Made by a program: the position numbers and the translations under genes. A stretch of 62,876 nucleotides of DNA, the filler included, from Chiloscyllium plagiosum (Eukaryota): NCBI RefSeq assembly GCF_004010195.1. It is 3 parts of one record of this genome, joined end to end, with 100 filler letters (N's around TTAATTAATTAA, not from the genome) between each part and the next. Parts side by side here need not be neighbours in the genome. Positions count along the whole stretch, not along the records: positions 15,011 to 46,952 come from NC_057714.1; positions 47,053 to 62,876 come from NC_057714.1; 1 more part is not named here. One strand, 5' to 3'. Below the pieces are notes generated by a model. It was not told the origin of the DNA. It saw only the letters and a list, made by a program, of their open reading frames with translations, and did not search any database. This document shows positions 36,853 to 49,714 of this stretch, piece after piece; position 1 is the stretch's first letter; each line of letters begins with the position of its first letter.

Positions 36853-37299
36853 ATGAACAAGTTGAAAATGGTGCTACCAAACACCATTCCACACTCAAAC
36901 TTTCCTGGTCACGAATCACTGTCCGAAAACCTCAAATTTGTCTGGAACTCCACAACTATCAGCTCAGTGACACACCTGTTTTTCCACTAAGACTTGTGTT
37001 CCCCTTGCACTCAAATAGGATGTATAAATGTCATTCTTTGTCAGCACTGAGTTGATACATTGGTCATCTCTCATTAGCAGCACTTCATCAAGTTGACTGC
37101 AGAGATTCGTAATGGATGCAACCAACATCTTTTTAACGGCAACTTAAGCTGAGGGGTAAAGACCTCTGAAATAAAAGCAAAACACCATGGATGCTGAAAA
37201 CCTGTATTACAGACAGAAAATGCTGGAGAAACTCATCCAGTATGGCAGCATCCATGGAGAAATAAAAAGAGTTAAAGCTTTGAGCCAGATTTGAATGTT

Positions 37300-39810
37300 A
37301 GAGAGATATCCAGCACAGAAACAGACACTTTAGTCAAACTCACCCATGCTGACCAAATATCCTATATAAATCTAGTCCCATTTGCCAGCACATGGCCCAT
37401 ATCCCTTTAAATACTTCCTATTCATATACCCATCCAGTTGCTTATTAAATGTTGTAATGAACCAGCCTCTACCACTTGCTCTGGCAGCTAATTTCATACA
37501 CGTATTACCCTCTGCATGAAAAAGTTGCCCTTAATGTCCCTTTTAAATCTTTCCCCTCTTACCTTAAATCTATGCCCCCTTGTTTTAGACTCCCCCATCC
37601 CAGAGAAAAAGACCTTGCCTATTTACCCTATTTATGACACACATGATTTTATAAACCTCCATAAGATCACCCCTGAGCCTGTGATGCTCCAGGGAAAGTA
37701 GCCCTAGCCTATTCTGCCCTGCTCAAACCCTATAACTCTGTCAAAATCCTAGTAAATCTTTTCTGAACCCTTTCAAGTTTCACAACATCCTTTCTATGGG
37801 AGGGACTCATAGAGTCACAGAGTCATAGAGGTGTACAGCATGGAAACAGACCCTTCGGTCCAACCCGCCCATGCCAACCAGATATCCCAACCCAATCTAG
37901 TCCCACCTGCCAGCACCTGGCCCATATCCCTCCAAACCCTTCCTATTCATATACTCATCCAATACCTTTTAAATGTTGCAATTGTATCAGCCTCCACCAC
38001 TTCATCTGGCAGCTCATTCCATACACGTACCACCCTCCGCATGAAAACGTTGCCCCTTTGGTCTCTTTTATATCTTTCCCCTCTCACCCTAAACCTATGC
38101 CCTCTAGTTCTGGACTCCNNNNNNNNNNNNNNNNNNNNNNNNNNNNNNNNNNNNNNNNNNNATATCCCTCCAAACCCTTCCTATTCATATACTCATAAAT
38201 GTTGCCTTTTAAATGTTGCAATTGTACCAGCCTCCACCACTTCATCTGGCGGCTCATTCCATACACGTACCACCCTCTGCATGAAAAAGTTGCCCCTTAG
38301 GTCTCTTTTATATCTTTCCCCTCTCACCCTAAACCTATGCCCTCTAGTTCTGGACTCCCCCACCCCAGGGAAAAGATTTTGTCTCTTTATCCTAGCCATG
38401 CCCCTCATAATTTTGTAAACCTCTATAAGGTCACCCCTCAGCCTCCGATGCTCCAGGGAAAACAGCCCCAGTCTGTTCAGCATCTCCCTATAACTCAAAT
38501 CCTCCAACCCTGGCAACATTCTTGTAAATCTGTTCTGAACCCTTTCAAGTTTCACAACATCTTTCCGATAGGAAGGAGACCAGAATTTCACGCAGTATTC
38601 CAACAGTAGCCTAACCAATGTCCTATACAACCGCAACATGACCTCCCAACTCCTGTACTCAATGCTCTGACCAATAAAGGAAAGCATACCAAACGCCTTC
38701 TTCACTATCCTATCTACCTGCGACTCCAATTTCAAAGTGCTATGAACTTGCACTCCAATGTTCAGCAGTATTCCCTAGGACCTTACCATTAAGTGTATAA
38801 GTCCTGCTAGGATTTGATTTCCCAAAATACAGCACCTCATATTTATCTGAATTAAACTCCATCTGCCACATCTCAGCCCATTGGCCCATCTGATCAAGAT
38901 CCTGTTGTTATCTGAGGTAATCCTCTTCGTTGTCCACTACACCTCCAATTTTGGTGTCATCTGCAAACTTATTAACTGTACCTCTTATGCTCGCATCCAA
39001 ATAATTTATATCAATGACAAAAAGTAGAGGACCCAGCACTGATCCTTGTGGCACACCACCGGTCACAGGCCTCCAGTCTGTAAAAGAACCCTCCACCACC
39101 ACCCTCTGTCTTCTACCTTTGAGCCAGTTCTGTATCCAAATGGCTAGTTCTGCCTGCATTCCATGAAATCTAACCTTGCTACCCAGTCTCCCATGGGGAG
39201 CCTTGTCGAACGCCTTACTGAAGTCCACATAGATCACATCTACTGCTCTGCCCTCATCAATCCTCTTTGTTGCTTCTTCAAAAAACTCAATCAAGTTTGT
39301 GAGACATGATTTCCCATACACAAAGCCATATTCACTATCCCTAATCAGTACTTGCCTTTCCAAATACGTGTACATCCTGTCCCTCAGGATTCCTTCCAAC
39401 AACTTGCCCACCACTGACTTGCAATACTTCAGAAGTGGACTAACCAATGTCCTGTTCAGCCACAACATGATCTCCCAACTCCTATACTCAATGCATTGAT
39501 CAATAAAGGCAAGCTTACCAAACATTTTCTTCACTATTGTGTCTAACTGTTATTCCAATTTCAAAGGACGATGAACCTGTTTTCCAAGATGTCTTTGTTC
39601 AGCAACAATCCCCCAGGACTTATCATTAAGTGTAAACATCCTGCTCTGATTTGCCTTTCTAAAATACAACACTTCATGTTTCTCTAAATTAAACTCCATC
39701 TGCCACTCCTCAGCCCATTGGCCCATCTGATCAAGGTCCTGGTGTACTTTGAGGTAACCTTCTTCGCGGTCTACTCCACATCCAATTTTAATGTCATCTG
39801 CAAACTTATA
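37300..39810 (-). mobile_element. Nested CR1 cluster: older copy (37300-37805, resuming at 39420-39810) with a younger copy (37806-39419) inserted
   Basis: A second CR1 tail starts at 37806. The young copy has intact RT motifs [19 protein letters not shown] and FADDTK. The host copy continues collinearly after 39420. Confidence 0.88.
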
Positions 39811-40455
39811 CTTCCTACTTCTTCAGAACTAGATCAGAACATCAGAACCCTTTGTGTACTTTCAGCCAGTTCTGAAAGAGATTCATGCCAGGCTTGAAAC
39901 CGGTTTCACTCTCCACAGATGCTGCCAGCCCTGCAGAATTTATCCTGAATTATCTGAGTGTGTTTGAAAAGAAATCCTGACCTTGTCAGCAACATTAATT
40001 CCCTGAAAATCTTAGAAGAACATCACAAACAACAGGTTTGGTTTAATTGATGGACATGTCCCAGATATTATGGGAAATGCGAGCATCACAGTAATGATGA
40101 TGCTCGCCATACAGAGTCTCAGGTCATTTGATGGTTGGAATTTAAATTAAGTGAATCAAATTCAGATTTGAAAGTTGGTTTCTGTAATGGTAACTGTGAA
40201 ACTGTCATTGATTATTGCACAATTATATTTGGTTTATCAATGCCCTTTAGAAAAGGCTATTCTTACATAAAACTGTAGATGCTGGAAATCTGAAACAAAA
40301 ACAGAAATTATTGGAGAAACTCAGCAGGATTGGCAGCACTAATTCCTTGGAACTGAAAATAGCTGGTAAAGAATGGTATGTATGCTGGTACAAGAGGGGT
40401 TGGGTGGACGAGTGAATAGAATAAATGGATACAGTGCCCAGAGAGAGAGAGAGAG

Positions 40456-42282
40456 AATTGAATTGAATTTATTGTCATGTGTACCGAGACACAGTGAATA
40501 GCTTTGTCTCGCAAGCACTACCGGCAGATCACAGAGTTAAGAAGAATAGATAAGTAAATAATAGGTAAACACTGGCAAAAACAAAAACACAGGTACAGGT
40601 GGATGTTAAGAGTTTGTGAGTCCATTCAGTATTCTAACAACAGTAAGGGAGAAACTGTTTCAAAACCAGCTGGTGCGTGTGTTCAGCCTTCTGTACCTTC
40701 TCCCCAATGGTGGAGGTTGTATAAAAACATTGCCAGGGTGGGATGGATCTCTGAGAATGCAGGCAGCCTTTCCTTAACATCGGCAAGATTAGAGTGGTGC
40801 TGGAAAAGCACAGCAGGTCAGACAGCATCCAAGGGGGAGGAATGTCAACGTTTCAGGCAAAAGCCCTTCATTTCTGATGAAGGGCTTTTGCCCGAAACAT
40901 CGATTTTCGTGCTCCTCGGATGCTGCCTGACCTGCTGTGCTTTTCCATCACCACTCTAATCTTGACTCTGATTTCCAGCATCTGTAGTCCTCACTTTCAC
41001 CTTTTTCCTTAACAGTGGGCCTGGTAGATGGATTCTATAGATGGGAGGTTGGCCTTTGTGATTGTCTGGGCCAAGTTCACCACCCTCTGTAACCAATCTT
41101 GAATTGCCATACCAGGTAGTGAGGCATCCAGACAGAATGCTCCCGATGGCGCACCTATAAAAGTTGGCAAGGCTAAGCGCCGTCATACCAAGTTTCCTCA
41201 GCTGAGGACAAAGAGACGTTGTTGGGCCTTTGTAACCAGTGCATCCACATGAAGAGTCCAAGAAAGCTTGTTGTGAATGACCACTCCTAGAAGCTTGCCA
41301 CTCTCCACTTGTTCCACCTCTGTGCTCTTGACGTGTAGGGGGCATGAGTAACATCTTGCCGAAAGTCAATAATGAATTGGTTTTGCTAGCATTAAGGGCT
41401 AAGTTTTTCCAGGTCTTCCACCTCCCGTCTGTATCTGTTTCATCACCATCTGAGATTCGACCGACTATAGTGGTGTCGTCAGTGAACTTGTAAATGGCAT
41501 TAGTCTGGTATTTGGCGATGCAGTCATGAGTATTCAGTGAGTATAATAGAGGGCTGAATACGCACCCCTGGGGGCTCCAGTGTTCAGTGCTAGTGAGGAT
41601 GAAATATTGTCCCCAATTTTCACTGACTGTGGCCTGTGGGTCAGGAAACTAAGGATCCCGTTGCAGAGAGTGGGGCTTAGTCTGAGATCACTAAGTTTAG
41701 TAATCAGTCTCAAGGGGATAATAGTGTTGAAGGCTGAGCTGTAGTCAATAGTAGGCTTCTTATGTTGCTGTTCTTGGTGTCAAGATGTTCTTCGGAGGAG
41801 TGAAGCGCAAGTGGCATGGCATCTGACATGGATCAGTTGGTCCGATAGGCAAATTAGAGTGAGTCAAGAGTAGTGTGGAGGCTGGAGTTGATTAATGCCA
41901 TGACCAGCCTTTCAAAGCACTTAGGGTCACTGGGCAGTAGTCATTGAGACATGCTGCATAAGACCTCTTAGGCATAGGGATGATGTTGGCCCTCTTGAAA
42001 GAGGCAGGGACAGAAGTCTGCTGCAGGGAGAGGTTGAAGATGTCCGAGAAGACCTCTACCAGTTGACCTGTGCATGCTCTGAGTGCACGGCCTGTACTCC
42101 CTCTGGTCCCATCGCTTTTCTTGGATTCACACGAAAGAAAACTGATTTGACCTCTAATACAGTGCGATAGGTTCATCAAGATTTGTCAGAATAAGTGTTA
42201 CCTTCTGCTGGAATTCTGCTCAAAGTGAGCATAGAAAACATTGATACGATCTGGGAGGGATGTGTTATCGTCTGCTATCTTG
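40456..42282 (-). mobile_element. Rex1/Babar non-LTR retrotransposon, decayed
   Basis: Minus-strand GRALRACTGQLVEVFSDIFNLSLQQTSVPASFKRANIIPMPK..CLNDYCPVTL and LANFYRCAIGSILSGCLTTWYGN; AATTC tail repeats. Confidence 0.88.
40780..41003 (+). mobile_element. Fold-back PLE-derived insertion with 11-bp TSD, inside Rex1
   Basis: TSD TTTCCTTAACA at 40769-40779 and 41004-41014. Inverted arms CAAGATTAGAGTGGTG.../...CACCACTCTAATCTTG. Motif CTGATGA-A-GGGC-TTTT-GCCC-GAAAC-ATC at 40874. Confidence 0.88.
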
Positions 42283-44889
42283 AGAGAGACTGAAAATGGA
42301 TAAGCAAACAAAGAGATTATTGATGATAAGCTGAGAGAGATAAATGTTGGGTAGGGTGCTGATGAGAAATGTAAATTGTTGGAAGTGGGTAATCTGTACT
42401 GGGAGCAAACCATAGAAACAAGACCTATAGGTGTGGCAGAATGGGGGAAGACTAACAAACATTGAGGGAGGCATTCACATTTTGAAATTGTTAAAGTCAA
42501 TGTTGAGGGTTGTAAGGTAGCTAGACATGAGATAAGTTGTTGTTCCTCCAGCTGAACTAGTCCAAATGTGACTCCAGATCCAGAAAAATGTGATTGACTC
42601 TTAACAGCCCTTTGAAAAGGCCCAGCAATCTATTCTGTACAAGGTGACAGTTTGGCAACATCCACGGAGAGAGAAACAGCTAACGCTTCGAGACTGACAT
42701 GACTTCTTCAGAATTGGGTCAGAACTTTAGAATTTTTCAAGATTGGACCATTGAATGACCATCCCTTCACCACTCCCCACCCACCGCCCACCCAGACAGG
42801 AATCAAGTCATTTCCCCGACCCTGACAAACTGCGGAAGAATAATGAGATCAATTTGAGATAGAACACAAATGTTGGCTTGAATCAAGTGCATGAAAGAGT
42901 ATCCTTTGAAAGAATAATTTTTAAAAAGTTTACTCTAGTGCTAGGAGGTAAATTTGTTTGTTGAACAGTCAGCCTGTCATCTCTACGAATTCTACCTCCT
43001 TCCTATTTTTGAATGATATACATTTTCCAGCAGGAGAAGTGCTATTTTGCCAAGTTTTCCTGCATAAATAAATAAATCAAAGTAAACCGGCTGTTTCTGA
43101 ATCATTAGCCCCAGAGGAATCGTGTGACAATTGGCTAGAATCCACCTTCCCTTGTAAAATGGAAAAGTACATTTCTGAACATGACATCCACTTGGACTTT
43201 TACTCAATGAAAAAAGTTGAACTCTTTATTTTTGTCATTTTCTTGTGATAAGTATATTTTCTACTGTAAATCAGCTTGAAATCAGTTTTCATTGACAAGC
43301 CCATCTCATCGTTCTCAATAAAGCTGTTTCCACTGAAATTCAGAAAAAGCGAATCACTCTGCCTGTGAGTCTCACTTCCTTACATCCACGTCCCCCCATT
43401 CCTCCTCCAGCAAGTTGGAGGAGCCATCACAAGTTGGGCTTCCCCAGATTGTCTTTGTTCAAAATACATAGATAAAATTCTCTTCATCTTGCAAATCCCT
43501 CCACCTACTACTCAAAAAACCATTACACCAGGCATGGGATGATTTTATAACTGATTGCTGTTACATATATTGTTTCCAACTGCCAATATTAAATAATTGA
43601 AGAAATGGATATAATAACAGAATGCATATTCGTCCTCTAAAATATTCATTGTGAGGAAAATGCTGCAACACAATTCTCTGTCTGTTTTAGATGACAATGT
43701 AGCAAGCTGGCATCAGCAAATCATTTATATGCTTTGTAACAAAATTAAATTAGAATTGGGCAGCTTGGTTTGGCGCAGTGTCTGTTATAGGAGCAGCTCT
43801 GAGAAAGTGATTACTTAACATAAGTAGGTTTCCTTATCTTGTCCGCAGATTCAGTTTATAAAATGACTTATAAATCACCTTGTAGTGCAATAAGAAGATC
43901 CCATTAGACTGACACTGCAATATGCAAATATTTGGCATGTGGCATTTTAACCATCATTTCTTGTGGCACTGGTAGATAAGCATGTTTAAAATTAATTTGG
44001 AACTTATGATTTCAATTCAACTAAAAAAACCTAATCTTTAAACATTGCTTTCTTTTGTAAGTCGAACTTTTTTTTTTGCATTTCTAAAACTAACACTTCA
44101 GATGTAATTGGATTTTGTGTCATTTTAGTATTCATTTTAACCTCCCTACCAGCAAATACAATCATGGATCTGTAAGTTCTTTCCAATAATTATAATAGAT
44201 GTTAATAATCACTTTATACACATAAGGTCTTCTTGACTATTTAAGAGAGTAGCACAATATTTTTTAAAATCTTTTTTTATGCTAATATTTCCTATCAGAA
44301 TTAGCAGCTCGTCGAATGGTCATCAAATGTAGACACTGGAAAATAATAGGATTGCACATGTTGTTTAGTAAAGCAGTATGATAGCCGACAAATCCTATTG
44401 CTTCGGTTCCTATCACAAGATTCACTTCAGATAATCTAAAACCACTTCAAAATTCCTCAGCATTGAACTTTCTCTGTATTTCCCCCATTCTTCTAGAGTT
44501 TTGGCAGTCCCAAATAAATTACCCTCTTCCAATCCCACGTGAAGACACATTCTTTCCCGACCAGTAAAAAAATGTAATGCTTTGAGTAATGGGATGGAAC
44601 AGTTATTCACTGTTTTCCTACAAGTGAGTCTGACCTAAGAGAAAGATGTTATATCCAGCCTATTGATTCACCAGCCTCTACGTCAACTCAATTCACTGTA
44701 CCACTCACTCAACTGCCTAGAATCTTTGACATTCAGGTTTCTAATGCCTAATGGACATGACCTTCACCTGATCCTCATACACTGCTGCAGACCTCAAGCA
44801 ATACACACTGACAGCTATTCACCTCACCCAAACACATTGCGCCATCTTTGCTGATGGGTAAATATCATGAATGGTTGGTCACTATGGCA

Positions 44890-45915
44890 CTCCACATGTC
44901 TTGGAGCCTTCCTACTCTCTGTTTCTTGTCGACCAATTCTCAATCCTTGCCAGTATATTACCACCAAGCCCATGAATTTTGATTTTCCACAATAACTTCC
45001 CGTGTGGGACTTTATCTGAAAATCCGAATCTAATCCACAACCAATGCTTCTCCCTCATCTATTCTACTAGTTACATCCACAAAAGAACTCCAGTAAGTTT
45101 ATCTATCATAAATTTGTACTGACTTGGTGTAACATCATTGGCATTTTTTAAGTGTCAGAGGCTGAGGGGTGATCTTATAGAGGTATATAAAAACATGAGG
45201 GGCATGGATGATTTAAATAGACAAGGTCTTTTCCCTGGGGTGGAGGAATCCAGAACTCGAGGCATAGGTTTAGGGTGAGAGGGGAAAGATATAAAAGGGA
45301 CCTAAAGGGCAACTTCTTCATGCAAAGGGTGGTCCGTGTACGGAATGAGCTGCCAGAGGAAGTGGTGGAGGCTTGTACAATTACAACATTTAAAAGGCAT
45401 CTGGATGGGTAAATGAATAGGAAGGGTTTTGAGAGATATGGGCCAAGTACTGGTAAATAGGACTAGCTTAGGTTGGGATATCTGGTCAGCATGGATGAGT
45501 TGGACCGAAGCATCTGTTTCCATGCTGTACATCTCAATGACTCTATAACTATCTGCCCTACTATCATGTCTTGACTAATAGACTCGAGCATTTTCCATAT
45601 TTCTGATATTAGGCTAACCAGTGCAGAATTCCTGCTTGTTCTCTCCTTTCTTTCTTTTACTTTAAACAGTAGGATTACATTTACACTGTCCAATCTGCCA
45701 GGACTGTTCCCGAAATGATAGAATCTTGAAAGATGATAACGGACACATGCATCATTTCCACATCTCTCTCCTTTAATAAGCTGGCATGTAAATTATCAGG
45801 TCCTGGGGATTTATCAACATTCAATCCCATTAATTTCTCCAGCACTATTTTATTTTACGAAAACTAATTTCCTTCAATTCCTCTTTCCCAAAAAAACCTT
45901 TCATTCCCAAGCACT
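44890..45915 (-). mobile_element. Old CR1 RT fragment interrupted by an opposite-strand CR1
   Basis: Antisense VDKSPGPDNLHASLLKE near 45770-45825, and an antisense LDSDFQIK..PHGKL region near 45000-45040. Confidence 0.7.
45158..45548 (+). mobile_element. CR1 (HER1-like) 3' end
   Basis: RLRGDLIEVYK..RDLKGNFFMQRVV; tail CATGCTGTACATCTCAATGACTCTATAACT. Confidence 0.9.
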
Positions 45916-45916
45916 T

Positions 45917-46537
45917 AGAACATAGAACATAGAACATTACAGCGCAGTACAGGCCCTTCGGCCCTCAATGTTGCGCCGACCTGTCATACCAATCTGAAGC
46001 CCATCTAACCTACACTATTCCACGTACGTCCATATGCTTGTCCAATGACAACTTAAATGTACGTAAAGTTGGCCAATCTACTACCGTTGCAGGCAAAGCA
46101 TTCCATACCCTTACTACTCTCTGAGTAAAGAAACTACCTCTGACATCTGTCTTATGCCTATCTCCCTGCACTTTAAAGTTGTGTCCCTTCGTGTTTGCCG
46201 TTCCCATACTTGGAAAAAGGCTCTCCCTGTCCACCCTATCTAACCCTCTGATTATCTTGTATGTCTCTATTAAGTCACCTCTCAACCTTCTTCTCTCTAA
46301 CGAGAACAGCCTCAAGTCCCTCAGCCTTTCCTCGTAAAACATTCCTTCCATACCAAGTAACATCCTAGTAAATCTCCTTTCCAAAGCTTCCACATCCTTC
46401 GGTGACCAGAACTGTACACAATACTCCAAGTGTGGCCGTACCAGAGCTTTGTACAGCTGCAGCATAACTTCCTGCTTTGGGAACTCAATTCCTCTATTAA
46501 TAAAGGCCAAAACACTGTATGCGTTCTTAACAACCCT
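45917..46537 (-). mobile_element. CR1 LINE 3' end (CTATGTT-tail subfamily)
   Basis: Minus-strand LYKALVRPHLEYCVQFWSP..RRLRGDLIETYKII..FFTQRVVRVWNALP. Confidence 0.93.
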
Positions 46538-46952
46538 GAGCTGAAAATGTGTTGCTGGAAAAGCGCAGCAGGTCAGGCAGCATCCAGGCAACTTTTCCAG
46601 CAACACATTTTCAGCTCTGATCTCCAGCATCTGCAGACCTCACTTTCTCCTCAAAGATTTCAACCTACTGCGAATCCTCTTACAAGGATGCCTTCCTTGA
46701 AAAGCTCTCTTCCTCCCTCTACAAAGATTTCAGTGAGTCCCTCTCTCACTGCACCCCCCAGGTCATCTCCTCTGCATAGAAGCTCTTCAGCCACATTCTC
46801 AAACAGACTCGCTACCACAGCCATATCTCCTTCCTAAGCACCTGCCTACAGAAACCTCTTTCCACCTATCACATTTCCAACGCCCCTCCCCCAAGTCCCA
46901 CCTCCCTACCTTTTATCTTAGCCTGCTGGACAAACTTTCCTCATCCCTGAAG
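46538..46952 (+). mobile_element. Internally deleted PLE: inverted pLTR piece, pLTR, ORF N-terminus, 3' UTR
   Basis: Inverted arms GAGCTGAAAATGTGTTGCTGGAAAAG / CTTTTCCAGCAACACATTTTCAGCTC. Frame KLFSHILKQTRYHSHISFLSTCLQK is PLE ORF N-terminus-like. It is fused to a UTR matching 15245-15338. Confidence 0.75.
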
Positions 46953-47052
46953 NNNNNNNNNNNNNNNNNNNNNNNNNNNNNNNNNNNNNNNNNNNNTTAA
47001 TTAATTAANNNNNNNNNNNNNNNNNNNNNNNNNNNNNNNNNNNNNNNNNNNN
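46953..47052. other. Assembly join: 44 N + TTAATTAATTAA + 44 N
   Basis: Identical to 14911-15010. Confidence 0.9.
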
Positions 47053-47399
47053 ATACATGCTACTTCTGCCAAGACCTAATTAAGCAATCAACAAAAGTAA
47101 ACCACTGAGGATGTCTCAGCAGCCTTTCTTGAACCACTGCAAACTAAAGACCCTGCAAATAAAGGGATAATAATATACTGGATATAAAATTGGCTAAAGT
47201 ACACAAAACAGCAGAGCAGGGAGCAGTTGTTTTCCAGATCGAAGGAAATCATAACATCACAGGCAGCATGGTGAATTGGCGGAAGCATTAAGTAATTGGT
47301 TTGCTTCATCTTTGCATCATCTGGTCATAATACTGGAAAATGGTATTAGAAATGATGTAAATATATTCATAATAATGGAGAAAAAATATTAAATGAATG

Positions 47400-49140
47400 A
47401 ATGAAATTCAAAGTGCTCCGGACAGATGGCATCCCTGCAGTTGAGAAGAACATCAGATAGAAATAGCAGAAGTGTGACTACAGATATTTAATAATTCACT
47501 AGAAAATGTTGTAAGGCCAGAGGCTTTTTAGATTCATATTGAAGAAGTGAAATAGAACGATCAACGTTATGCTAATGCACTGAAACATAATGAAATCCTA
47601 TAAAGAGAGAATATAATAAAACATCAAGGAACCAAAAATTATAATCATGAATAATAACCAAAAGTGAAACTCTTGCTTGACCTACTTCACTCAATTCTTT
47701 CAAGAGGCATCAAAGATTAAGTAATTTTAATGTGTACATCTAAATGTCAAAACGCATTTGGTAATGTACCAAATAAAATAGACTAATGAGTAATGGCACA
47801 GGAAGCAAAGGTCTCCCATTTAGGATGAAGATGAAGAGGAATTTCTTCTCTCAGAAGGCCATTTACATTTGGAATTCTCTGCCTCAGAGAGCAATGGAGG
47901 ATCATTGAATATATGCAAGGTTCAGTTGGATAGATTTTTGATTGACGAGGAAGCTGAGGAATATGAGATCAGGAAGAAAGTGATGTTAAGTCCACAATCA
48001 GATCAGCCATGCTCTTATTGAGTTGTGGGGCAGGCTCAAGGGACCCATAGGTCTAGTCCTGCTACTTCTTATGTCATGGGTAAAGTAGTGCAAATAGCTA
48101 GCTGGCGTAAAGAGAGAAAAAACGAGAGTAGGAATAAAGGGTAGTTATTCGGAATGACAAAAGGTTGAAAGTGTTACCTCAAGGATTATTGTGGGCGTTT
48201 TAGCTATTTGAAAGTGAAAATGCAGTTTACAATTTGTGGATGAAATCAAATGGGAAGAAACAATCTCCTGAGGAGGAATGCAAAGAATATTCAAATTTTA
48301 ATAAACTTGTGGATTTGTAGTTGATAAAATAACTACAACTTTGCTAATCATGAGGGTTTTTTCTATGGTAAGAAAAATCAGGAGGCCACATATCACTTGG
48401 AAGATTTTAATCTAAAATAGGGTAAAGGAACAAGGTGAACTATGAGAACCAATAAAAATCAATGAAGTCACTGTGCAGGCCTTTACAAAGCAGATCATGT
48501 ACTCGGATTCATTTTAAGAGGATAAAATTGAGAAGCAGAGATGTCATGATAAATTTGCATTAACATTTTGCGAGATCATATTTGTGTACTCTGTGTGGTT
48601 CCATATCACATTTTATAAAATGGAATTTGACATACTTAGACTTCTTACAGTGAGGAAACAGGCCCTTTGGCCCAACAAGTCCACACCGACCCGCAACCCA
48701 CCCATACCTCTACATTTACCCCTTTCACCTAACAATACGGGCAATTTAGCATGGCCAACTCACCTGACCTGCACATCTTTGGACTGTGGGAGGAAACCAG
48801 AGCAAACCCACACAGACACGGGGAGAATGTGCAAACTGGACACAGTCAGTCGCCTGAGGTGGGAATTGAACCCGGGTCTCTGGCTCTATGACGCACCACT
48901 GTGCTACCCACATGTAGTCAAGGGTGAAAAACGATTTGCAGGATTAATAGCAATACTAAAAGACTCTGCCAATCAGACATAAGGTGTTCTCCATTTCTTG
49001 AGGCTGAAATTGTCAATAAAAGAGGTTGTTAAAATTAAGGGAAGCTTTTATCGGAGTAAAGACTGAGAAAGTGTTTTCAAGGAGAACTTGAGGTCATCAA
49101 TACAATACCATCATCAAGAAATTAATTTGGGAATTCAAAC
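47400..49140 (+). mobile_element. Very old CR1 ORF2 relic with younger insertions (CR1 3' piece about 47810-48075; SINE at 48635)
   Basis: Collinear degenerate motifs: KVLR.DGIP, KSCLTYFTQFFQE, VYI.MSKRIW.VP, SVTSRIIVG, YLCTLCGSISHFIK. Confidence 0.55.
48635..48910 (-). mobile_element. HE1-like SINE
   Basis: Minus-strand GGTTCAATTCCC B box, V-SINE core and GGGCCAAAGGGCCTGTTTCCTCACTGTAAG tail. Confidence 0.88.
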
Positions 49141-49714
49141 GCAGCTTGTTGCCATAGTAGTTGTGGAAAGCTGTCAAAATAAGGCTCAGAAATTCTTTAT
49201 CCCGATTAACTGTTTATAAAAGTGTCAAAGCTCATGGTCCTTTCTCTTCGGTGTAAACGCTGCCTGATGACCTCAATCCACAAGTGGCAATCAAACACAA
49301 ATGGATTCCATTGTTAAATCTATAAACAAACTCGGTCATTTTCAATAGTACCTTTGAGGTCGCTTGAGGAGATAACTGTCTATTCATGTTTTTTTCAGGA
49401 TAAACAGATGGACTTTCAAGCGAAGATGTCAGATTTCTATTCAACTCTTTAAAAGCATAAATTAGTCAACACTCTAAAATTAACATAAAAATCCAGTTAT
49501 TAGGTTCAAATGAGAAGTGCACTTTATCCATGAGGAAAGTACTCTAATTCATGTGACCATTTACAGAATACTGGTCAATTTCATGATTGTCTTCGAGGAA
49601 TAAGCCTCATGGTCATAGAATCCCTACAGTGTGGAAACATATTATTCAGCCCATCAAGTTCACACCAACCCTCTGAACAACATCCCACCCAGACCGACCC
49701 GCACTTCCCTATCA

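Larger units (their letters stand above)
40270..42560 (-). mobile_element. Old PLE 3' end split by a Rex1 insertion (40270-40455 and 42285-42560)
   Basis: pLTR tail TGTAGATGCTGGAAATCTGAAAC at 40274. Minus strand near 42490-42555 gives LEEQQLISCLATLQP, like the PLE C-terminal LEEQHLIFRLGTLQP motif. Confidence 0.6.

Noticed and set aside
37923..38358. Near-duplicate CR1 segments on either side of a 42-N gap
   Set aside because: Most simply an unmerged haplotype or overlap in the assembly; it cannot be called a real tandem duplication.
38908..39534. 208-aa RT ORF with an unusual N-terminus
   Set aside because: Chance in-frame fusion across the junction of two nested CR1 copies.
46010..46630. 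206-aa ORF
   Set aside because: CR1 ORF2 C-terminus fused by chance to antisense PLE repeat sequence.
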